From a virus (lineage: Duplodnaviria; Caudoviricetes), in IMG/VR virus record IMGVR_UViG_3300030397_000188, positions 1-39,247 of that record: a stretch of DNA of 39,247 bases, one strand, 5' to 3'. The position numbers and the translations under genes were made by a program. The notes beneath the pieces are model-generated. The model saw nothing but the letters and a program-made list of their open reading frames with translations, did no database searches and was not told the DNA's origin. Shown in pieces: positions 1 through 8,236 of this stretch. The stretch's first letter is position 1, and each line of letters starts with the position of its first letter.

Positions 1-195
1 GTAGAGGTTGGCCCCGTCGAGGTTGGCCCCGTAGAGGTTGGCCCTGTTGAGGCTGGCCCCGTAGAGGCTGGCCCCGTAGAGGTTGGCCCTGTTGAGGCTG
101 GCCCCGTAGAGGCTGGCCCCGTCGAGGTTGGCCCCGTCGAGGTTGGCCCTGTTGAGGCTGGCCCCGTAGAGGCTGGCCCCGTCGAGGTTGGCCCT
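1..195. repeat. 13 tandem 15-bp units (GT[A/C/T]GAGG[T/C]TGGCCC[C/T]) encoding pentapeptide repeats on the minus strand
   Basis: Units read directly; minus strand gives (G/R)A(N/S)L(Y/D/N) repeats. Confidence 0.97.
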
Positions 196-318
196 GTTCT
201 TTACGCCCCACTTAACAGCAAGGCCAAGCTTCACACTGCGCGGCGCGTCTTCGGCGCAATCAATCTCTGCGGTGAACTGCACGTCGCCAGTGAAGCGGTT
301 AAAAATATCGAATTTCAC
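1..318 (-). CDS. Pentapeptide-repeat protein, 5' part (continues at the window end)
   Basis: Not in the ORF track. GTG at 318 after GGAGGG RBS; [52 protein letters not shown]..., open off the edge. Confidence 0.9.
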   Translation of the reverse strand, partial: MKFDIFNRFTGDVQFTAEIDCAEDAPRSVKLGLAVKWGVKNRANLDGASLYGASLNRANLDGANLDGASLYGASLNRANLYGASLYGASLNRANLYGANLDGANLY

Positions 319-322
319 GGGT

Positions 323-766
323 CTATCCCTCCAAATCCAGCCGGTTAAGCTTGTTCAAAATCCGCTTGCGTTCTGCGTCTGCTGCCGCGCGGGCTTCCCG
401 CATGAGGGCGCGCAGTTCGTCGCGGGTGAATTCGTCCAAATCCGCTTCCAACCCACCGGGCACAAACTCCGCAATGAAGTCATGCACGGCCAAAACCGTT
501 TCAATTCCTGTGCAGCGAAAGTTGCCGTAGAAGTTGATTGTGCTGGCGAGGCTGTGGGACTTGGTTGCCCCTGTTCCCCAACTCCAAATCTGTGAGGCAA
601 CCCGGCTAACGTCAGCCAGAGCAGACGCGCGGCGGCGCTGTGCAAACTTGTCATTACCAGCGTTCGGCATGAACAACGTCACACGCTGCGCCTCCGCTAC
701 AGCCCGAGCGCGGGCAAGGGCCGGGTTGGGCGTCGCTGTTCCGTGCGGGGTGGTGAAAAAGGGCAT
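323..766 (-). CDS. Hypothetical protein, first gene of the leftward operon
   Basis: 147-aa ORF with GGAG RBS just downstream of the leftward promoter; no recognisable HTH or S24 domain. Confidence 0.75.
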   Translation of the reverse strand: MPFFTTPHGTATPNPALARARAVAEAQRVTLFMPNAGNDKFAQRRRASALADVSRVASQIWSWGTGATKSHSLASTINFYGNFRCTGIETVLAVHDFIAEFVPGGLEADLDEFTRDELRALMREARAAADAERKRILNKLNRLDLEG

Positions 767-790
767 GTCAGTCTCCGTTTGCTTGAAATT

Positions 791-819
791 ACATTACAAA
801 AAGATTTACCAGCGATCAA
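791..819 (-). promoter_or_regulatory. Leftward sigma70-like promoter
   Basis: Minus strand TTGATC-17bp-TAATGT. Confidence 0.7.
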
Positions 820-832
820 GAAAAAAGTGGCC

Positions 833-861
833 TTGCAAGGTAAAAAAGTTTCATGTACTGT
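833..861 (+). promoter_or_regulatory. Rightward sigma70-like promoter (PR-like)
   Basis: TTGCAA-17bp-TACTGT, back to back with the leftward promoter; both spacers contain GGTAAA. Confidence 0.7.
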
Positions 862-867
862 TTTGGC

Positions 868-1083
868 ATGAGAACTCAATCCGAAATCATTGAATATATA
901 GGCCGGGACCGAATAGCGGCTGCGTTCGGTATCACAGGCCAAGCCGTTTCCATGCAAGTAAAGGCCGGGAAATTTCCGGCCGCATGGTATGACCAACTTG
1001 AGCATATGGCAGGTCGCCCCTTGCCACGCGAGCTGTTCAAGTTCAAAGGGCCTGACACAAAATCAGCCAGCGGGGGCGCGTGA
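868..1083 (+). CDS. Cro-like HTH regulator
   Basis: 71 aa, GRDRIAAAFGITGQAVS HTH pattern, first gene after the rightward promoter. Confidence 0.8.
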   Translation: MRTQSEIIEYIGRDRIAAAFGITGQAVSMQVKAGKFPAAWYDQLEHMAGRPLPRELFKFKGPDTKSASGGA

Positions 1084-1259
1084 TGGATGCTCTCGAAGCA
1101 ATAACAAACGCAACGATTGGGTTTGTTGTCTCATGGGCCGCAACCCTGCTTGTTCTGGGCTATTCCCCGGCTGAAAGCATTGCCGTTACCGCGATGTTCT
1201 TTGGCCTGTCATTCACCCGCTCGTGGGCGCTGCGGAGGTTTTTCCGTTGGGTATCGTGA
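1083..1259 (+). CDS. Small two-TM membrane protein (58 aa)
   Basis: Below ORF-track cutoff; TGATG coupling; MDALEAITNATIGFVVSWAATLLVLG...RRFFRWVS. Confidence 0.75.
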   Translation: MDALEAITNATIGFVVSWAATLLVLGYSPAESIAVTAMFFGLSFTRSWALRRFFRWVS

Positions 1260-1963
1260 GGGAGGAACGCATAGGCGACTGCCGTTTGATATTGGGCGAT
1301 TGCCTTGAGGTAATGCCACTGCTGGATCCGGTGGATGCCGTGGTCACGGACCCGCCGTATGGGATTGGCTTTGGGAGCTTCAACCGAACCAACAAGGACG
1401 CCAAAGGAAACCGCTACAAGGCCGACAAGTACAAACATGGCGCTTGGGACGACTGCTTTGATTTTACCCCATTCTTTGAGGAAATCAAAGCAATAGATGT
1501 CCCGACAATAGTTTGGGTCGGCAACTATTTCCCCTGCCTTTGGACGGGGCCGGTGAAGGGGTTTGTTTTCTGGCATAAGCACCAGCCGGTCGCGAACTTC
1601 TCAAAGGGTGAAATGGCGTGGACGAATATCGACACGCCCGCAAAGTTCATAGACTTCCCATACTTCGGCGGCATTGAAGGGAAGACTAAGGCTTCTGAGA
1701 AATTCCACCCGACGCAAAAGCCTGTCCCGGTGATGGAAGAATGCATCGGTTTTCTTCCTGACGCCCAAACAATCCTAGACCCCTTCATGGGCAGCGGGAC
1801 GACCCTCGTAGCCTGCGCCAAGCTAGGCCGAAAGGGCATCGGGATCGAACTGGACCCGGATTACTTCGATATTGCTTGTCGCCGCGTCGAAGAAGCCTAT
1901 CGGCAACCCGACCTCTTCGTCGCACCCCCAGAACCCCCGAAACAGGAGGCCATGGACATATGA
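1247..1963 (+). CDS. Orphan DNA N6-adenine/N4-cytosine methyltransferase (beta class)
   Basis: GDCL, DPPY, HPTQKP, DPFMGSGTT motifs; TTG at 1247 after GGAGG (ORF extends upstream to 1223). Confidence 0.93.
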   Translation: MGIVREERIGDCRLILGDCLEVMPLLDPVDAVVTDPPYGIGFGSFNRTNKDAKGNRYKADKYKHGAWDDCFDFTPFFEEIKAIDVPTIVWVGNYFPCLWTGPVKGFVFWHKHQPVANFSKGEMAWTNIDTPAKFIDFPYFGGIEGKTKASEKFHPTQKPVPVMEECIGFLPDAQTILDPFMGSGTTLVACAKLGRKGIGIELDPDYFDIACRRVEEAYRQPDLFVAPPEPPKQEAMDI

Positions 1964-2172
1964 CCCAATCCACCCAAACCGCCCAGATCCTCGCCCACAT
2001 GAAAGCGGGGCACTCAATCACCTTCTTAGAGGCCCTTAACAAGTTCGGCTGTATGCACCTGCCGCGCCGGATCTTGGACCTCAAGGAAAGCGGCCACGAC
2101 ATAGGGGATACTTGGGACACCAACGGCGAAAAGCGGTTCAAGCGGTATTTCCTGGTGGCTGCGGATGGGTAG
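1960..2172 (+). CDS. Small winged-helix DNA-binding protein
   Basis: ATGA overlap; ILAHMKAGHSITFLEAL...LPRRILDLKESG pattern. Confidence 0.8.
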   Translation: MTQSTQTAQILAHMKAGHSITFLEALNKFGCMHLPRRILDLKESGHDIGDTWDTNGEKRFKRYFLVAADG

Positions 2173-2551
2173 GGATTATTTGATTAAATTGCCGTGGCCT
2201 CCAACCGTTCTTTCGCCCAATTCGCGCAAGGACAGACGCCACACAACAGCCGTTCGCAACGGGTACAAAACCCACTGCTTCTATGCGGCTAAAGAGGTCG
2301 GCGCGGTTATCACTGAGGACGCGCATTTAGCAATCCAGTTTTACCCGCCTGACGCCCGAAAGCGTGACCTCGACAACATGCTTGGCTCAATCAAGTACGG
2401 CCTTGACGGGGTGGCTCTGGCCGCTGGCGTGGATGATTACGGCTGGTCCTTTTCAATCCAGCGCTGCGACCCGGTGAAGGGCGGCGCGGTCCTGGTTCAC
2501 GTTCAGGAACCAGCAATCCAGACAATCGAATTGAGGGGTGCAATAACATGA
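2165..2551 (+). CDS. rusA: RusA-family Holliday junction resolvase
   Basis: LPWPP N-terminus, FYPPDARKRDLDN...K...DG...VDD motifs. Confidence 0.88.
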   Translation: MGRDYLIKLPWPPTVLSPNSRKDRRHTTAVRNGYKTHCFYAAKEVGAVITEDAHLAIQFYPPDARKRDLDNMLGSIKYGLDGVALAAGVDDYGWSFSIQRCDPVKGGAVLVHVQEPAIQTIELRGAIT

Positions 2552-2778
2552 AAAGCCCTTTTTTTACGAGTGGTTTGGTGGTAAAAAGAAGCGAGGCGCG
2601 GTGTGCTACCAACACTGCCGCGCCCCTAACCGAAACACGAACGCTAGGAGGTTCGCGTATGGCTGTTGATAGCCAATATAGGGATTCTGTCCCGCAAGAC
2701 AATCAGAACAATTGTGAACGCTGGAAAAGCATTGGCGAGATTGCCAAGCGCCTTGTCGAAAAGGCGGGCGGTAAATGA
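2548..2778 (+). CDS. Hypothetical protein (alternative start ATG 2659 with AGGAGG)
   Basis: Coupled to neighbours at both ends; C-terminal WKSIGEIAKRLV; start ambiguous. Confidence 0.5.
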   Translation: MKSPFFTSGLVVKRSEARCATNTAAPLTETRTLGGSRMAVDSQYRDSVPQDNQNNCERWKSIGEIAKRLVEKAGGK

Positions 2779-3281
2779 GCGATTTCAAAGATAGCCGAGA
2801 GGACAAACACCGCCGCCTTGTCCGCTCCAAGATCCGCAAAGGCCCTCTAACAAAATCCCAACGTGATGTGACATTAGCACTGGTTAACCACTGGTTTCAC
2901 CACAAGGGCGGCGCAAAGGGGTATGTCCACCCAGGTAGAAAGAAGTTGGCAAAAAAGGCCGGTACTTCCGTCAGGACCGTAGCCTCTACTTTGGCAATCT
3001 TGCGTGATTGGGGTGTTCTAAAAGTAGTGGCACACCTTCACGGTCTGCACGGAAACGCGACCGAATATCTGGTTGATGAATATGCCCTGATAGCATTCTG
3101 CGATGAGGTTTCAGCGAAGCAAATCGCCCGCCTAGCCACAAACGGTGTGCAAAATTGCACGGGTGCGGGCGTGCAAAAATTGCACACCGTAATAAACAAC
3201 GTTGAAAGAAACCCTAGCCAAGAAGTGAGAACGTTAAACGTTGTTCGTTTCCCTCTACGTAGTGGAGGTGGCAATGTTTGA
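2775..3281 (+). CDS. Winged-helix replication initiator-like protein
   Basis: HPGRKKLAKKAGTSVRTV...LRDWGVL wHTH; internal palindromes; upstream of helicase and primase. Confidence 0.7.
   Translation: MSDFKDSREDKHRRLVRSKIRKGPLTKSQRDVTLALVNHWFHHKGGAKGYVHPGRKKLAKKAGTSVRTVASTLAILRDWGVLKVVAHLHGLHGNATEYLVDEYALIAFCDEVSAKQIARLATNGVQNCTGAGVQKLHTVINNVERNPSQEVRTLNVVRFPLRSGGGNV
3142..3190. repeat. Paired palindromes, candidate replication origin
   Basis: GTGCAAAATTGCAC (3147-3160) and GTGCAAAAATTGCAC (3171-3185) within an 11-bp inverted repeat. Confidence 0.55.
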
Positions 3282-3849
3282 TTTTAACCAAGCCAAGAAA
3301 AAAGAACTTAGACCACACCAAGTCAAAGCCATCGCCCTAATCCGTCAATCTCTTGGCAAGGGTTGGCGAACGGTTGCCGGATACGAACGGTACCTGGTTA
3401 GCCGAGAGGGGTTGGTTTACAGCACAATTCGGTCAGGTCGCTACTTGAAGCCGACGGTTTTGAACTCGGGATACGAATATGTTTCTCTGATGGCCGTTGG
3501 CGCATCAAAGCCAGAAAAGCAGTTGGTGCACCGCTTGGTGGCGGCAGCGTTTTGCCTCGGTGATGGTGAGGTGGTTAACCACAAGGACGGCAACAAGCTA
3601 AACAACCACGCTGATAACTTGGAATGGTGCAGTTATGCGCACAACAACGATCACGCCAGAGACGCGGGGTTGGCAAATAACTTTGGGTCCAAGCACTACG
3701 CGGCAAAGCTGACGGCGGATCAGGTATTGGAAATACGTCGTCGTGCGGCGATGGGTGAACTCAGAAAGGACATTGCTGCTGATTTTGGCGTTGGTCGCCG
3801 AGCGATAGATAAGATCGCCAATGGTGAAGCGTGGCGGAGGGTCAAGTGA
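3274..3849 (+). CDS. NUMOD4/HNH homing endonuclease with a helicase-like 30-aa N-terminus
   Basis: WRTVAGYERYLVS, VHRLVA, VNHKDGNKLNNHADNLEW motifs; GGAGG RBS before ATG 3274. Confidence 0.92.
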   Translation: MFDFNQAKKKELRPHQVKAIALIRQSLGKGWRTVAGYERYLVSREGLVYSTIRSGRYLKPTVLNSGYEYVSLMAVGASKPEKQLVHRLVAAAFCLGDGEVVNHKDGNKLNNHADNLEWCSYAHNNDHARDAGLANNFGSKHYAAKLTADQVLEIRRRAAMGELRKDIAADFGVGRRAIDKIANGEAWRRVK

Positions 3850-5312
3850 TGTATGACCTTCTTAGCACCGGAACCAGAAAGACATTACGCGGGCACCAAG
3901 AGCGGGCCTTAGCGCAAGTTCGGAAATCGGTCGTCGCTGGAAATCGTAGGGTTGTTTGCCAGATGCCTACAGGGGCCGGGAAAACGGTCACTGCTTCTCG
4001 GCTCATTGAAGGTGCCTTGGCCAAGGGGAACCGGGTGATATTCACGGCACCGGCTATCAGCCTCATTGATCAGACTGTGACCGCTTTCGAGAACGAGGGC
4101 ATTCGTGACATAGGCGTTATGCAGGCAAACCACCCGCGCACTGACAGCTTGGCAAGGGTTCAGGTCGCATCCGTTCAGACGCTGGCGAAGAGGGAAATCC
4201 CGGAAGCTGCGCTGATTATCGTGGACGAATGCCACTGCCAGTTTGACGTTATCAATCGGCTCATGGACGAACGCGAGGACGTGTATTTTCTCGGGCTGTC
4301 CGCAACACCATGGGCAAAGGGCCTCGGGCTGCGCTGGCAGGATCTGGTTATCCCATGCACGATTGGCAAATTGATTGAGCAAGGGTATTTGTCGCAGTTC
4401 CGGGTGTTTGCACCTGACGTGCCGGACCTGTCAAAAGTCAAAACTGTTGCTGGTGATTACCACGAGGGCCAGACAGCCGAGGTCATGGAAGGCAAGTCTC
4501 TCATGGCGTCCGTTGTCGGGACGTGGCTGGAAAAGGGCGAGAACAGGCCAACACTATGCTTTGGCGTCAATCGTAAACATGCTCAAAATATTTCCGAACA
4601 GTTTGAAAGCGCCGGGGTAGCGACGGCCTACTGTGACGCCTTCACGGACTCGGTTGAAATGGCCCTGATTGAACGCCGGTTCCGTGCCGGTGAAATCAAG
4701 GTTGTTTGTTCGGTTCGCAAAATCACGACGGGCGTAGATTGGCCGGTCGGGTGCATTATCGACGCGGCACCTACCAAGTCAGAAATGCTTCACGTTCAGA
4801 AAATCGGGCGCGGCCTTCGGGTGAATGAGGGCACTGAGGATTTGCTTATCCTGGACCACGCCGGAAACAGCCTGCGCCTTGGGCTGGTGACTGACATTCA
4901 CCATGCAAAACTTGACGCCACAGAAAAAGGGAAGCAGGAGCGCAAGCCCCGCGCGAAAAAGCTACCGCGCGAGTGCAGCAAGTGCGCTGTGGTGTTCAGC
5001 GGGTTGACGTGCCCCGCCTGCGGCCATGAGCGCAAACCCATTTCCGGCGTTGAGACGGTTGACGGGGATTTGATTGAAATTACCGGCAAGAAAAAGCCGC
5101 CGACAAAGGCCGAAAAGCAGGCTTGGTGGTCGGGCATTCAAACCATTCGCAAGGCGCGGGGCCGTGCCCCAGGTTGGGCTGCACACACCTATCGCGACAA
5201 GTTCGGTATGTGGCCGCGTGGCCTTGACGACGCCTGCGGAGAGGCGACCCCGGAAATGTGGAATTTCGTCAAATCCAAAGACATTCGATACGCCAAGCGG
5301 AAGGGGGCTTAA
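3849..5312 (+). CDS. SF2 DExH helicase with C-terminal Zn ribbon
   Basis: PTGAGKT, DECH, SAT, QKIGRGLR; CxxC...CxxC; TGATG coupling at 3849. Confidence 0.95.
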   Translation: MYDLLSTGTRKTLRGHQERALAQVRKSVVAGNRRVVCQMPTGAGKTVTASRLIEGALAKGNRVIFTAPAISLIDQTVTAFENEGIRDIGVMQANHPRTDSLARVQVASVQTLAKREIPEAALIIVDECHCQFDVINRLMDEREDVYFLGLSATPWAKGLGLRWQDLVIPCTIGKLIEQGYLSQFRVFAPDVPDLSKVKTVAGDYHEGQTAEVMEGKSLMASVVGTWLEKGENRPTLCFGVNRKHAQNISEQFESAGVATAYCDAFTDSVEMALIERRFRAGEIKVVCSVRKITTGVDWPVGCIIDAAPTKSEMLHVQKIGRGLRVNEGTEDLLILDHAGNSLRLGLVTDIHHAKLDATEKGKQERKPRAKKLPRECSKCAVVFSGLTCPACGHERKPISGVETVDGDLIEITGKKKPPTKAEKQAWWSGIQTIRKARGRAPGWAAHTYRDKFGMWPRGLDDACGEATPEMWNFVKSKDIRYAKRKGA

Positions 5313-5314
5313 CC

Positions 5315-6250
5315 GTGTTTCACGAGAAAACAACACACGCGGCGCGGGGCAAGTGGAAGGGCATTCTTATGACCTTCGGCATCCCCGCAACGTCCCTGAC
5401 AGGCAAGCACGCCAAGTGCCCCTTGTGTGGGTCAAAGGATAACTTCCGATTCGACAACCAGGACCAGCGCGGCACGTACATTTGCACTTGCGGTGCTGGT
5501 GACGGCATGAAGCTGGCGATTGAATACACTGGCAAGGATTTCCGGGAGATTGCCAAGGCCATTGACGAAATGGTCGGGAACGTAACGCCGGACACCGTAG
5601 GGCCGCAGACAGGCATGTCAGACGCCCAAATCCGGGACGTGTTGCGGGATACCTATCGGGCCACTGAAAAGGTCCAGGCCGGGGATCTTGTCCACAAGTA
5701 CCTTGATACGCGCGGCGTTGACGAATTGGTTTATCCCGACGCGCTGCGGTTTGCTCCCAAGCTGCGGGACGGAGACGGCGGCATACGCCCTGCAATGGTG
5801 GCTATGGTCACGGCACCGGACGGTAAGCCGGTTTCCATGCACCGGACATTTTTGAAACCTGACGGTAGCGGCAAGGCGGAAATGTCAGCCCCGCGCAAGA
5901 TGATGCCGGGAACGTTGCCCGAGGGGGCTTGTGTTCGGTTGTGCGAATACGTGTCGGGCGGGCCTCTTGGCATAGCCGAGGGGATTGAGACGGCTTTGAG
6001 TGCGTCCGCGATTTACCAAATGCCGGTTTGGTCTGCGATTAACAGCGCAATTCTCAAGAAGTGGTTGCCCCCGGAAGGGTGCGATGAGGTCGTCATATTT
6101 GGCGACAATGACCCGAAGTTCGGCGGTCAGGCGGCGGCATGGTCTCTTGCTCACCGGTTGGCGGTCAAAGGCGTTTCGGCCTCGGTAATGATACCCGAAC
6201 AGGCCGGGACTGATTGGAATGACGTTTACCTGGAAAGGGCAATGCAATGA
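5315..6250 (+). CDS. Primase (Zn-binding + TOPRIM)
   Basis: CPLCG...CTCG; AEGIET; GDND; DWND; GTG start 5315. Confidence 0.92.
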   Translation: MFHEKTTHAARGKWKGILMTFGIPATSLTGKHAKCPLCGSKDNFRFDNQDQRGTYICTCGAGDGMKLAIEYTGKDFREIAKAIDEMVGNVTPDTVGPQTGMSDAQIRDVLRDTYRATEKVQAGDLVHKYLDTRGVDELVYPDALRFAPKLRDGDGGIRPAMVAMVTAPDGKPVSMHRTFLKPDGSGKAEMSAPRKMMPGTLPEGACVRLCEYVSGGPLGIAEGIETALSASAIYQMPVWSAINSAILKKWLPPEGCDEVVIFGDNDPKFGGQAAAWSLAHRLAVKGVSASVMIPEQAGTDWNDVYLERAMQ

Positions 6251-6609
6251 GCCTTCCAAGCCAGCAAATGGACAATCTCAAATTCTTGTCCAGCAATCCG
6301 CCTCGCCGGGAAATCACAAACCAGGACGAGCTGGCCCGCAAATGGGCCGCGTTGCGATTTGACGAAACCAACGGAGAAATGGGCGCAACAGACAAGCACC
6401 CCTCATGGCCGCGTTATCGCAAGGCGTTTTTCAAACGGAACGGCACGCCCCGCCCAATGACGGTAAACGACGTTTCAACCATTCTCCGCGTTGACGCCGG
6501 GGCCGCTCGGGAAATGCTCAAGCGCTTTGGCCGCGCCGGGTATCTGGACAGCGAGAAACACCAACAACTGCTTGTGTATCGCCTGACAGAAGAAGGGGCC
6601 ACGGCATGA
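6247..6609 (+). CDS. Hypothetical protein with C-terminal wHTH-like segment
   Basis: ATGA-coupled 120-aa ORF. Confidence 0.7.
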   Translation: MSLPSQQMDNLKFLSSNPPRREITNQDELARKWAALRFDETNGEMGATDKHPSWPRYRKAFFKRNGTPRPMTVNDVSTILRVDAGAAREMLKRFGRAGYLDSEKHQQLLVYRLTEEGATA

Positions 6610-7148
6610 CGTTGACAACCGAAGAACGCGCCGCAATCGACGCATTCCCAGCCGACCGCGTGCAGCACATCCCCGAGGGTAAAAGCTACCATGAGGGATA
6701 TGTCTGGAGCCAGGAAGAGCAAAAGCTAGTTCTGCGCAATCCCGAAAACGGCAGCAACTGGAACCGCTACAACGGCAAGGCATGGCGCAAGGGGCTAAAG
6801 ACGGGGCCAACGGGCGAAACGCTGAATCGGCGGCAGGCAATCCTGGAAATGTTCCTGGCTGGGGCATTCTCAGACGACATTCAGGAAAAGTTCGGGCTGT
6901 CCGAATATACCGTTCGCAACGAGATTTCAGAACTGCGCAAGACACACCCGGACCTGCCGAAACTCCAGTCCCGAGCAGGGTACGAATTGGAGCAGGGCGT
7001 TATTGAACTGAAAGCCCGCATTGTCGAATTGCACGCGCAAGGCATGACAGACCGGGAAATCACCGACACCGTGCAGCGCCACGAAAAAACCGTCCAGCAG
7101 TATCGCCGCGAGGCAGGTCTGAAACCGAACAAGAGGAGTGCGGCATGA
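6606..7148 (+). CDS. HTH-containing protein
   Basis: Two HTH-like segments (IQEKFGLSEYTV; GMTDREI...EKTV); coupled. Confidence 0.7.
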   Translation: MTLTTEERAAIDAFPADRVQHIPEGKSYHEGYVWSQEEQKLVLRNPENGSNWNRYNGKAWRKGLKTGPTGETLNRRQAILEMFLAGAFSDDIQEKFGLSEYTVRNEISELRKTHPDLPKLQSRAGYELEQGVIELKARIVELHAQGMTDREITDTVQRHEKTVQQYRREAGLKPNKRSAA

Positions 7149-7741
7149 GCAAGCTACGCGTCCTCATTGCCTGCGAGTTTTCCGGCACCGTCCGGGACGC
7201 CTTCATTGCAGATGGGCACGACGCCATGTCCTGCGACCTGTTGCCAACGGAGGCACCCGGCCCGCACTACCAGGGCGACGTGCGGGACGTTCTCGACTAC
7301 CCGTGGGATCTGGCTATCTGCCATCCGCCCTGCACGCATTTGTCAGTTTCTGGTGCGCGTCACTTCGCGGACAAACGCATGGACGGACGCCAGCAGGCTG
7401 CGGTGTCGTTTTTCATGATGTTGGCCAAGGCAGACATACCGCGCATTGCGATTGAAAACCCTGTCTGTGTCATGTCCAGCCTGTACCGCAAGCCGGATCA
7501 GGTAATTCACCCATGGCAATACGGGCACGGCGAAACCAAGGCTACATGCCTTTGGCTCAAGGGCCTTCCCAAACTACAGCCGACAAACATTGTCGAAGGC
7601 AGAGAACAGCGGGTTCACAGAATGCCGCCCGGGCCGGATCGCTGGAAAGAGCGCTCAAAGACGTTCTCAGGGATTGCCGAGGCCATGGCAGAGCAATGGA
7701 GCAAGCCTGACCTGTTCACGTATATGGAGGCCGCAGAATGA
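7145..7741 (+). CDS. Short phage-type DNA cytosine-C5 methyltransferase
   Basis: VLIACEFSG, HPPC, IENP motifs. Confidence 0.85.
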   Translation: MSKLRVLIACEFSGTVRDAFIADGHDAMSCDLLPTEAPGPHYQGDVRDVLDYPWDLAICHPPCTHLSVSGARHFADKRMDGRQQAAVSFFMMLAKADIPRIAIENPVCVMSSLYRKPDQVIHPWQYGHGETKATCLWLKGLPKLQPTNIVEGREQRVHRMPPGPDRWKERSKTFSGIAEAMAEQWSKPDLFTYMEAAE

Positions 7742-7896
7742 CCGAAGCCCGCGATAAAATCACAGCCCTACAGCGCCTGAAATCCCAAACAACCAACATG
7801 GCGGAATGGAAGCGGCTGAATGACGAACTGAACCAAGCTTGCGCGGCTGCGTTCCTGGCCGGGGCGCTGGTGTGGAAAGAGGAGGAGCGGGAATGA
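7738..7896 (+). CDS. Hypothetical protein (52 aa)
   Basis: ATGA coupling at both ends, GGAGG RBS. Confidence 0.65.
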   Translation: MTEARDKITALQRLKSQTTNMAEWKRLNDELNQACAAAFLAGALVWKEEERE

Positions 7897-8063
7897 AACA
7901 GGCAATCTTGGACCACCTAACTGCACTAGGCCCGCAGACAATCGGGGATCTGGCATACGACCTGCAGTCCGAGGTTTTCGACATACGCTCCGACCTCCGA
8001 ATTCTACACCAGCAAGGCTTGGTCACAGTGGCGGACGGGGTTTGGAGCGTGAGGAATGATTGA
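7893..8063 (+). CDS. Small wHTH protein
   Basis: ILDHLTALGPQTIGDLA...LRILHQQGLV. Confidence 0.7.
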   Translation: MKQAILDHLTALGPQTIGDLAYDLQSEVFDIRSDLRILHQQGLVTVADGVWSVRND

Positions 8064-8226
8064 ATGGGTGTTTGAACGGCCATTAGCCTGCGCAGCCCTG
8101 TCCAGTCTGTCCCTGATCGACATGGCGAACTGCATACACGAGAAGCACACGGATTGGTGGATACCGGCAGGCGTTGCCCTGTTCTTCGCAGTATTCGTCA
8201 GGCCCAACCAACCACAGCAAAGGTGA
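8056..8226 (+). CDS. Small membrane protein (56 aa)
   Basis: MIEWVFERP...WWIPAGVALFFAVFV; overlaps the upstream stop. Confidence 0.55.
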   Translation: MIEWVFERPLACAALSSLSLIDMANCIHEKHTDWWIPAGVALFFAVFVRPNQPQQR

Positions 8227-8236
8227 GGGCGAGAGG

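Noticed and set aside
1-195. CRISPR array or terminal repeat
   Set aside because: Units are contiguous with no spacers and encode in-frame pentapeptide repeats; the match between ends reflects one array split by assembly
3274-3849. Group I intron or intein in the helicase
   Set aside because: No non-coding flanks for a ribozyme core and no intein terminal residues; the HNH has its own stop and the helicase restarts with a full N-terminus
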